Source: Veleropilina oligotropha
Lineage: Eukaryota
Direction: 5' to 3'
DNA length: 64,000 nucleotides
Assembly: GCA_048128005.1 (NCBI GenBank)
Contig: JBEUKZ010000032.1
Span: forward strand, 372,001 to 436,000
Positions 23,001-35,000 of the stretch are shown one piece after another. How positions within the stretch are numbered: the first letter of the stretch is position 1; every line of letters starts with the position of its first letter. The notes under the pieces were generated by a model. The model saw only the letters and a list, made by a program, of their open reading frames with translations, was not told where the DNA came from and did not search any database. Both the position numbers and the translations under genes were made by a program.

Positions 23001-26000
23001 CCGTACGTCTTCACGCGAGTAGTACAGGCTCTCGGGGCCTTCCTACACTCGCGAGGGCACAGAGTACACATGTACCTCGACGACTGGTTGATTCTCGGGG
23101 CGTCCCGGGATCAGTGCCTCCAGTCTATGAGCGTTACCCTGTCATCGGCGAAGCGCCTGGGATTACAGATCAACAACGACAAATCCTGCTTCGTGCCCTC
23201 GACGACGTTTATATTTCTAGGGGTCGAATTCGACACGGTCCGGTACACCGCGAAACCGACTCAGAAACGTATAGAGAACCTACGCGCAGTTATACTAGAA
23301 ACGAAGTCTTCACGGATAACTACAGCGCGACGACTGGCCACTGTCCTAGGGCACATCGAGTCGGTAGCTCCCCTGTTACCGACAGGTCGCATGGACAAAC
23401 GACCGTTGCAGCAGGCCTTCAAGGACCGCTGGATACAACGTACGGGACAGTGGACGGATCGCATCGATCTACGGCATTGGTTCAATCGCACGACAGCAGT
23501 GTGGTTGAACACTTCCCTGCCGAGCCAGTCGGTTCCAATATCCCCCCCAGAACCGAACGCCTACCTCTTCACGGACGCGTCAAACGAGGGCTGGGGAGGT
23601 CACTTCGACAGTCACGAGACATCGGGCCTCTGGCCTACGGACCTTCAGGGACGACACATCAACTTCCTAGAGTTAGAAGCCGTCTTCCTGTCAGTACAGT
23701 CCCTCTCGTCACATCTCCGAAACAAGCACATAATGCTAGCAACGGACAACACGACTGTCGTCGCTTACATCCAGCACCAGGGCGGCACTCGCTCCCGTCC
23801 GCTTTGCGACCGAGCGATAGACCTGCACCGCCTAGTGATGTCACTCAACTCGTCAATTCGAGCCCGACACATCCCGGGGAAGCTGAATGTCAGAGCGGAT
23901 ACGCTCTCTCGGAAAACACAGATTATACACACAGAGTGGACGCTACACGCCCGTGTAGCCCGAGATGTCTGTCGCCTGTGGTCGACGCCTCAAGTCGATT
24001 TATTCGCAACCGAATTCAATCACCGACTCCCTCTCTATGTGTCTCCTTACCCGGACCCGGCCGCTATTGCAGTCGACGCTCTGTCAATGAGATGGGAGAA
24101 TCTGATCGCCTACGCCTTCCCACCGTCGTGCATATTGGCACAAGTACTACGGAAAGCGACCCGCGAAGACTGCGAGTTGACGCTAATAGCACCTCTACAA
24201 CGAACGCAGTCCTGGTTTCCGACACTTCTGGATCTACTCATCGATCAGCCACGAGCGCTACCGCAGATGGCAGACCTGTTGTCTCAACCGCGCAGTCGGG
24301 CTCTACACCCGTCGGCGAACGAGTTTCACTTTCACGCCTGGCGACTATCGAGAGATCGCTCATTAAGAAGGGCTTTTCTAGAGCGACAGCCCAGCGCATT
24401 TACCGATCTAGAAGGCAATCTACGACAAAGGTATATGACTACCGATGGAAAAAGTTTGTGGATTGGTGTCGCGGGCGGCAAGTCAATATATTCCGCCCCC
24501 CTGTGACCAAATTTATCGAGTTCTTATCGTCGTTGCTAGAACGGGGAATGTCAATTTCCGCAGTCAAAGGCTACCGTTCATGCATAGCTACAACGTTACG
24601 GCAATGCCGCGAGCACACCCGCTTGTCTACCGACAAAACTATATCGGACTTCATACGGCCCATTCAGCGAGTGCGACCGCCCGCTTGGAATGTTTTGTTA
24701 GTTCTCAATGCTTTACTTAGAGGCCCGTACGAGCCTATGAGTGAGTGTTCCCTCAAAAATCTCACTTATAAGACCGTATTTCTAACCGCCCTCGCCACGG
24801 GTAACCGGGCCTCGGAGATACACGCGTTATCCGGAGAGCTTCGAGACATACACTTCCACACCGATGGGTCGGTGACACTGCGTACTGTCCTTGGCTTCCT
24901 AGCGAAGACACAACGACCTGATGATATCAGTCCCGAGGTTTGTATTCGTAACCTCTCCATGCTGGATAGAAATGATATCGACCGCCTCAACTGCCCGGTC
25001 CGCGCGCTGAGGTTCTACCTGGATCGCACCCGAGACTTACGGCACGGTAAAAAGAATTTATTCGTTAGCCATATGCCTCAATTCCACCGCGACATTCGCA
25101 AATCGACTGTTTCACGTTGGATTGTCTCGGTTGTTAAGGAGATTTACTCCCGGTCACATGAGCCAGAACGAGATCTCGTTTCAATTCACGCGCACGAGAC
25201 ACGTGCAGTAGCCTCTTCGTTAGCCTTCAAATATAATTTGAATATCAATGAAATCTTGAAGGCTTGTTATTGGAAGAACGCCAATACCTTTGTTCGCTTT
25301 TACCTGCATGATTATGCGACCACGGCTGAGGGTGAACATCGGATTTCCTTTGTGGCGGCAGGACAACAATGTATCACGGGATCCGGGTCATCCCGACAGT
25401 GATTGGTTTGTGGAATTTCACCAGACACTGAGGTAATATAATGTAATTCTATTTGTGTACATTGAAATCACCTTTAGAATTTATTCCAATGTTATTTCTT
25501 TCTTAACCTGATTAAGAAATTGAAATTATTATTCATACTGAGTTAATATGAAGCAATGCCCACATTGGATGTAGACATTTATATTATTAAATCTTAATAA
25601 TGCTTTTTGGTAAATAATATTATTTTAAAATGTTCTTCTGCTGTCTCAGAACATTTCAATGTGCGTACATTGAAAAATTTTATTATTATTCTCTACTAAA
25701 AATTATTTAAGTAACATGTATCATGTTGACATTTTGCAAGTTGGACATGCAAAAGTTTATTATTCAAGATGAAGTTATTGAAATTTTCTTCAATCTATTG
25801 ATAATTGTCACGGTTTTATAACACTATCTACCTGCCTAGGTTCGGGTGCTTCTAAAAACCACGTCTTGCAGTTTTCTGTCTGCCGACCTTTGAGTCCGGA
25901 ATATTCAGATCACTGTTTTGCTCATGACACGAGTGCCTCAAGGTATACCTTCCGCCGGTGTCCGGAGCTACATGCACTTTCGTGTTACCCGTCCGACTAA

Positions 26001-29000
26001 CATCCCTGGCGTGTTTTCCCAGATTTCTTGGTCGAAATCTCACCTCGGGGTAAGGGTAGATTTGATGCTCAGTAAAATCCACTCTGAACGGACTCGATCT
26101 CAACGCTAAAGCGTCGTCTTCTGGTAACAAGTAAGTTTTAATTTTGGTGTATGGAACTTATAACTCCGCCAACCAAAGTTATTCTTGGCATTAGTAAGGA
26201 CGTAAGTATATTTGATATAGATATGAGGATTAAGAGTAATCCCTTGTATCTATAATAATATACTTACATCCTTACCCACTTGGCCCACCCTGCTTCGCAC
26301 CTCCCCTCTTATATAAGTTCTTTGTCTTGGGGTTTGCATAAACTTCGGATGAGGTCTTGACCCTTGGTCAAGAAGATCTCGCGGGAGTTGGCGAGCTCTT
26401 ACTGGACATGAACTGGAGGAGGTCGAGCAGGTCAGGGGGTCAGCTGGGTTCAATTTACTAAAAGAAGTGCAAATTACCATTTCCACCTTGTCCGGATTTA
26501 GCGATAATAGGCTTATTATGGCATTAGTAAGGACGTAAGTATATTATTATAGATACAAGGGATTACTCTTAATCCTCATAATTTCAGCATCTTTTGTTAC
26601 ATTTGCTATATTAAAATGTTCAAATTCAATGTAAATGCAATAAAAATTAAAAAAAAAAAAATATTTAAAAAAAAATTCTAGGTGGGCGGCAGGTCTCGAG
26701 TGCCGGGTGCATGCGCCCACCGTGGGCAGAACCCTGGTCTGACTCAATGTCAAGTCTGGTTCCTTTGCCTGGTCACTGCCATGACGCAATAAAATAAAAA
26801 CAATGATTGTTGAGACCACTGTTATACAAACTGTCCTCGATAGCTAAACCGTTAGAGCATTGGATAAAATTAAATGGAACTGTATGATGCAGGTTCGATT
26901 CTCACGCTGGCATGGATTATTCTGATTGATAAAACTATGAGAAGGGATGGTTAAAAGCTTGTCACCCCTCATTCGAAGGGGTGATTTTTAACGATGTTCT
27001 GAATACAGATACGACTAAAAATGTTCCAAGTGTGGCCTTCCAAGAAAACTGATTCACATCATATCATATGATCACTGTAATACTGCACTGCATTGTCAGT
27101 ACATGTTATTGATAAGTTCAATAATACCTGAAAAGTTATATCACAGTGCAGCTGTATCAATTGTAGGTTACTATGTTTTTACCTTTCAATTTTCAGAGTT
27201 CAAAGCATTTATGATGTCAACAAGCTGAGAGATCTGTTCAAGCAAGCTCGCTTTGCACGATGTAGAGCTAGATTTGTAGTTCCTGTGATTTTGTATGAAG
27301 GAAAGGTATAACTGGAACGGAATTTATATTTCGATATAATACTGTAATATGTTCAGTATAAAAATATATGCATCTGCCTATATGTATACGATGTCAGTCG
27401 TATGAGCACACTCTTGTATATTTTGTGTTGTGGTTGTTGTCTAAGATAATTATGCCACCACAAACGAAGTTTAGGGGGGGGGGGGGGGCATATAGGAGTC
27501 AGCTTGTCTGTCTGTCCATCCGTCTGTCTGGCTGTCTGTCCATCCATCTGTCGGTCTGTTGCAAATTCCCTTCTGCTCCATATCTTGGACACTATTTGAC
27601 TGAGGGACACGAAACTTGATGTGTGCATGCGTTATAACCCAAAGGTGTGCCACGTACCAAAATTATGTCACCACGACCTACGAGTCATGCTTGACTGCAC
27701 TTAATCCAAAATTCCCTTCCGCTCCATATCTTGGACACTATTTGACCGAGGGGCACGAAACTTCATGTGTGAATGCGTCATAACCCAAAGGTGTGTTGCG
27801 TACCGAAAGTAGGTCACCATGACCTAATTTTCATGCACTTAATCCAAAATTTCCTTCTGCTTCTTATCTCCCATATTATTTGACAGAGGGACACGAAACT
27901 TCATGTATGCATGCATCATAACCCAAAGGTGTGTCCCATACCGAAAGTAGGTCACTGCGACCTACTTTTCGGACGACCACATTTGGTCCAAAATTCCCTT
28001 CCGCTCCATATCTTCCATACTGTTTGACCGAGGTGCACGAAACTTGATGTGTTTATGTGTCATGATCTAAAGGTGTGTCGCGTACCAATAGTAGGTCACT
28101 GCGACCTACTTTTCACGCTTGACCACATTTTGTCCAAAATTCCCTTTCGCTCCATATCTCCCATACTATTTGACCAAGGGACATGAAACTTCATATATGT
28201 ATGCATCATAACTGAAAGGTATGTCGCGTACCAAAAGTAGGTCACTGCGACCTACTTTTTACACGACTGCAATCGGACTAAAATTCCCTGCCGCTCCATA
28301 TCTCCCATAATATTTGACTGAGGGACATGAAACTGCATGTGTGTATGCAACAGCCTGTTCCTGGGTCAAATGCTTTAGTGGTCACTACTGTGATAGCTCT
28401 AGTTACCTTTTAATTCTTACAATGTGAACTGCACTTAAGATGCTTACTAACCTTTTTGTAGTTAAATAGTCACCACCGCAGAATGATCATAGATGTTCAC
28501 ATAATCAACTGAATTCAATTAATATGTTTGTGCCGTGTTCTGACGGAGCACGTAATTGCGTTTCAGCAACATATTTGGAATCTTCAGCCGAAATATTAAG
28601 TTTAACACAGATGTACTATATTGTTTGCATATGATACACATGCAAAGATTTTTATTATATAGCTATGTGTATCAATTTAACACCATTAAAATCTTTTTGT
28701 ATATATCGTAGTCCAATTTTGACATCATAAGTAAGAGGGTGTTTCCACTTGCAGCACATATGTCGCTCTTCCACATTATCTGGAGGAGCCGAGATTTATG
28801 GAAGATCTGGGATGGATTTCTTCTTTTCAGGTCAGTTATCAAAACCAATACAGTTCCACATTTCAAGCGAATTTCCTGCTTTAACTCATTCTTTGCTTAA
28901 TTCCCCTAGAGGATTATATTTCCTCATATCATTCATTACCATGAGAGTTATCAAATATGGAATGTATGCAACCAATGCTAAATCCCTCTACGCTACTATA

Positions 29001-32000
29001 TTTGGAGTCAACAGTAAGGGGTAAGAATATGTGCATGGATATGCATGTATATATGTTTCTCACATATGGATGGAGACATGGGTCTACAAGCGGCGTCTAC
29101 ATACGTCGCCAGCAGTGAATCAGTTAATAAACTTTCCTGCTTTATTGAAATATGTCAGTTGCTGAGATGACATTATATTTACCTACTTTATGAAAGTTAT
29201 ATTAATTCCATATTTGAAACAATTGTTACTGCAAACTTTTAGCTAGTTTTATAGTCAATCAAAGTGGCGGAAAACATGCAGTCAAACGACAAGGCATTTT
29301 ATGTTCTATGTTCTTTTATTTCTTAATGGTCTTGTTCAAGCCGCGTTTATAAAAACATGCAGCAGAAACTGAAGAATATTGCGGGAAAAAAAATCAAGTT
29401 AGTAAATTGTCTTTACAAATGCGCTTTTTGTTCTTGAAACAACTTTTCATCATCATCAGCTTTCATTTTGTGTAGAAATTAGGGGTGTAATGATACGCAT
29501 CTACAAGATACGATACGTATCGCGATACAGACGAAACGATATGATACGATTCTTCAAAATTGACAAAGAGTCACAATAAGTAATAAATACTACATATTAG
29601 TAGGTTAGCTTGCGTAAACTCATACATACATCATGTTCATAAACAATGACCGCGATGAGGCAGTTGGGTTACAAAGCTCAAGCGGTAAATTCATTTTCGT
29701 ACGCCAAGTTGCTATTTTTAAGCCCGCTTTCTTTCAGCTATTTTTAAACCGTTTTTTACAATAACACGTGTCGGTTAGTTAAAAAAACGGAACATGCAAT
29801 GTGTGCGTGAAATAGCTTTCGGGTTATTTCCACGAAAAACTCCACTATTACCGCAAAGTTGGCGTTTCATTATTAATAACTAAATTTATAACTAAATATA
29901 CACAACAAAATTATTGGTATAACTATTTTAATTTATAAATTTATGTGATAACAAATTTAAAATTGCGCATGATACGTTTCAACTTTGGTTCGTTTCGCTA
30001 CAATCACCATGTACGCAACATCAGTGGAACTCCATCGCCATTTTCTCCGAACATCGCACTCGGCCAACATCCGTAATTTGCCGAAGTATTGGAATTTGTT
30101 ATTTTCAGAAAAGCGAATATTACATGTAGGGCATTAAACGCTATTAAATAATGACTAAATGGAATAAAAATGCGAGTCGGAAACAGTTATCACAAGCTTC
30201 AAGCATTACACCACTAGTAGAAATCAGTTTTTTTATTGATATGTGTAATTATTCTACATTTTTTCAAGGTGGTGAAAGCATCCCTGGTGGAGAACATCAT
30301 GATGAACAAAGGTAAGTTATCCAGTGTCAAATGGAATCTGAATGCATTTTCCCCTGCAGATGAGTCGTTTTCATTTCGTGGATCCTGAAACTCTCCTGCA
30401 TTGCTGGTTGCTTACCGTAATCGCTGCTGTTTTTGTACACTGTATGGCTTTCTTGTGCAAACTTTGATACAATTTGGGCGTATCTTTTTTATTGAACATG
30501 CTTTTTCACAAATATCTGGAAATTAGAGCAGGTGTAATACAAAAACTTGCGACAATGCCAGAATATGTGGCATTTCTTGATTTCATGAACATACTTGATG
30601 ACATATGAGTATAACATCAATGCTTGAGGAAGTTTCAATTTTTTTTGTTTATGTGTTTATGTTATTTTATACGGAAAAGGTGGTTTAAAATGTTAAATTA
30701 ATGTAGATTGATTGTGTATTCTCTTGTTGTGATGTAGAACCTGTATATGTATATATTTATTATATGCCAGTCGTTTTCTGACGCCTATTCTCGCGCAGTT
30801 TTCCGAGACCCTGTATCACGGACACAGCTGATATCGATTCAGAAAACATATCCTGCTTATATATTCACAGGAAAACGTCTCCTGCTTATATATTCAAAAT
30901 GGCTAACAAATATTAGGAGCTACTTCCAATATAGTCCTGTACTATTTCAACCTCCCTTACAGATTCGTGACTAAAATTACCATAATCTTTCGATTCAATT
31001 TAATAAGAAACTTGTTGTGGCATATAATAAAAATGTTATCAGTTATTGTGTGGATTCTGGCACATCGGAAACCTCGAGTGACGTCGTAGTTTTTGCGACG
31101 GATTTATCCGCCGCAAAAACTACGACGTCACTCGAGGTTTACGATGTGCCAGAATCCACACAATACTGATAACATCATTATATATGTGTTGTTTTCAGTG
31201 AGTGGCAATTATTTGACCGATTTCGAGGGCAGGATATTCGATTGCAGCAGTACCTCAATGTCGGCTACATCTGTGATCTGATGGTAGAGAAAAAGAAAGT
31301 GAAGTTTGGGATGAAGTAAGTTTTATATTTTTTCAATAAAAATATGTTATATACAGAGGCCATGATCCATAGAAATTCTACGAGCGACTTAGTTTAACAA
31401 TATTTTATTTGTGTTGCATTCTTATACAAGCGTATTATCACGATATACAATGATATGACAGGTATGATATGACAATATGGAACATAATATAAATGCGGCG
31501 ATTTGATAACAGGACTAAGCCTATGTGAATCGTCTCGCCGTGAGCGACTTACAAGTAAGTAGTAATAAAATATGTACAATAATTAGATATTTAATAAAAT
31601 AAGTACTTACTGAAAACTGAAAGACTATTCCATTTTCTTGGAATATTATCCATTAAATTCTCTGCTCTTGTTTCCATCAATTATTTGGGTCGCGCTATGC
31701 ATTATGCGCCATTTTCAAAATGGCTGCCATCGAATAATGACGATTACAAGAAAAGCACATTATTTTGCTGTTATTCCATATAAAATGTTGCGTATTAGGG
31801 ATCAATACAGTCGATTCCGCTTAATAACATAGGTACGTTGTCAGACAAAATTATGCTATTAACCGAACTATGTTATTATCCGAATGGCATAATTCGAGAA
31901 AAAATATCGGGAAAGGGAGATAATCAATTGCTGTTATATCCGGTCAATTATATGCCTTGGGGTGTTCAAGTCTTGGTAATATTAAGTTAATTGATACTTA

Positions 32001-35000
32001 TAATAATAATCAGTCTTATTTCAGGCAACTGTTGCAGACTTTAATGTTTATTCATTCAGAAAGGACTAGGTCTTGATGTACACGTACCTTGATTATCATC
32101 AACTTGTAGCCTAATCCGAAACAAGATGGAAGACGCGAATGATTGACAGTTCTGATGCAACATGTATAGTTTTGTAACAAAGTCATATGCATACTTGTTG
32201 TCAGTGTAATGTTTGGAGAAAATAAATATATGTACAAGCATCAATATATATTGCTCTTGTAGTTCGTTATTTGATAGGAAATGTGATTATATGCTAATTC
32301 AAATGAAAACCACGCCAAATAAGTGAATTCTCCCTTATGAGAAATTATCCGCGAGAGAAAGATCATTACGTTTATGTTTACTAGCCATATTGTTTGTGGA
32401 ATGGCCGAATGCTACAAGCCCTGCACATATATAGGTTCCGTTTAAAACGCTAATTAATCGCATTATGGATTGTCGGCTGTTTACAAAGTGAACGATACGT
32501 CTGTTGCAAGTAAGCTTTGAACTGTTGTCAATTTTCACAGGTCGTATTCATGGCGCAAAGACGTTAATCCGCTTACGGTCACACATTCATCTACTCACTT
32601 ACTAAATGTGTTTTTTTAATAAACAAATGTAATCTTGCTTCACTAAACAATAAAACCACAGAAATAATCCCACATCAATGTAAGATTAGAAATGTACGCA
32701 ACAGAGTTGACTCTGTAGGCCTACTTGTGCCGCCGTCAATGAAGGATCCCGACTTGACCTGGTTTCTCATTGGCGGTAAACAATCAAAGTGCGACCATGC
32801 GTTTTCGCTATTGTCGCTGGAGTGACATTGCATGGTGTTAAGCAATAGCTTAACGAAATAGCTTTTATTGATAATAATATAACGAGGTTTATGCTAAATA
32901 AATATTTAATAGGATAGTACATTTGCAGCAACATTTATTTCCTATATAACACATAATAAATACATGCACGACGCTGTTATGCTGATCGCTGTTATGCGTC
33001 TGAGCTATGCATTTTACGTCTAGATATGACCAAATACGGTATTTTATAGTAACTTTCCTGGGAAAAAAATATGCTAATAGCCGAAATTACGTATTTTAGG
33101 GTATGTTATTAACAGGAATATTTAACACATGAATAATAGTAAATGATTCGGTGTTTGACAAATCTATGCTAATAAACGAAATATCTTATTAACAGGTATG
33201 TTATTAAGTGGAATCGACTGTAATAAAGATACATGTTTAGAAGTATTTATAAACATGTTTATATCAATTTGTTTGGGTAACGCTAGGCATTATGGGCAAT
33301 TTTCAAAATGTCCACCATCGAAAAATGGAAGAATTGAAGAAAATCACCATATTTTGTTGTTATCCTAAATATAATGTTGTGTATTAGGGATTTATAATAA
33401 TAATAAATGTTTAGAAATATTTACAGACATGTTCACATCAATTTATTTATAGGCTGCGCTATGCATTATTGGCCAATTTCAAAATGGTCGCCAAGATCGA
33501 CAAGTGAAGAATACATGAAAAGCATCAAATTATTTTTTGTATTCCATATGTAATGTAGCGTATTAGATATTTATAATAAATACAAATGCTCAAAAGTGAA
33601 TGTAGACATATTCGCATCAATTGAATTATAGATTGTGCTGTGCATTATGGGCTATTTTCAAAATGGTCGCCATAAAAAATGACAAAAGTACCGGAAAAGC
33701 AGCATCTTTTGTCGTTATTCGAATATAATGTTGAGTACAGTACAGTATTAGAGATTTATAATAAAGAAAAATATTTTGAAGGATTTATATACATGTTCAA
33801 ATCAATTTATGTGTGATGTGCTATGCATTATGGGTCATTTTAATAATGACCGCCATGATCGAAAAACAAAGAACATTAGATAAAAATGACGAAATTACCA
33901 GAAAAGCACCATACTTCCGTTATTTGAGTTATAATGTTGATTTTTAGAGATTTATAATAAAGAATAATATTTAGGAGCATTTATAGACGTGTTCAATTCA
34001 ATTTATTTGGGATATGCTATGCATTATGCAGGCATGCGATGTAATATTTTTTATGGTAACCTACTGTAGGTCTCGCAAAATTGATCATGGTAACCTACCA
34101 GTAGGTTACGCAATTTTCAAAGTAGGTAACCCAGGGTTACCTATGGCAACCTACCAATAACAAATTAAAAAATTTCATTCATATTTGTCTTTGCATTCAT
34201 TAGCTGTTGTTCAGTAATGAATAATACATATTAAAATACATATTTTTCATTTAAAAAAAACAACAATTATATTTATGAATGTTGGAAAAAACTCATTTTT
34301 TAAATAAATTTATACTAAAAATATGAATGTTATTTTGTTACATTAATTATCACTAGTTAGTTTACAGCAAATCTTTGAATATGAATAATTTCCTTTTTTA
34401 CTTGTCTGTCTATCAAATAGTAGTTAAGTGTAGAACTCAGTTTTTCAGTTACATACTAACGATGATACATTATCATAAGAACTGAAAGGAACTCAGTTTT
34501 CATACCATACAAATTGGGTGCTCCCATGAAAAGAGGAAAATAATAAATGAATAAAATTAATGGCGGTTGAAGCACACGAGGTATCGATGACATGTTAGAG
34601 ATTTCGCAGACGCATTTGCTCTAGTGAAGTTACTGAACTGGACTAAAGGTACAAACTTTTCATTAATAAAGTGACATTGTTGACTTAGAGAAATATGAAT
34701 AATAGTTAAAATGAACGTTATACAGTTATCTGAAATGTGTCTTGTGCATTTTTTAGGCGAACGAACTATGTTTATTATGGTAACCTACTACAGGTCGCCT
34801 AAAATCAGTTTTGCGTAACCTCCCCGCGAACGCGTTCAGCCGTTCGCCATAACATCGCACGCTTGATTATGGGTCATTTTAAAAATGGCCGCCAAGATCG
34901 AAAAGTGAAGAATACAAGAAAAGCATCAAATTTTGTTTTTATTCCATATCTAATGTAGCGTATTAGATATTTATAATAAATATAAATGTTTAAAAGTGTA

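Larger units (their letters stand above)
19195..26580 (+). mobile_element. Intact DIRS1-type tyrosine-recombinase retrotransposon
   Basis: ~200-bp near-identical inverted terminal repeats (~19208-19411 vs ~26340-26545). Internal complementary region ~26186-26270 matches both outer ends, with ATA shared at the junction. gag, RT-RH-MT and YR ORFs all open. Confidence 0.95.
19050..26736. mobile_element. Short non-autonomous DNA transposon with 5-bp TSD (hAT5-like), split by the DIRS insertion
   Basis: TIR CAGGGTTCTGCCCA (19050) / TGGGCAGAACCCTG (ends 26736), flanked on both sides by GTCTG. Confidence 0.8.
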
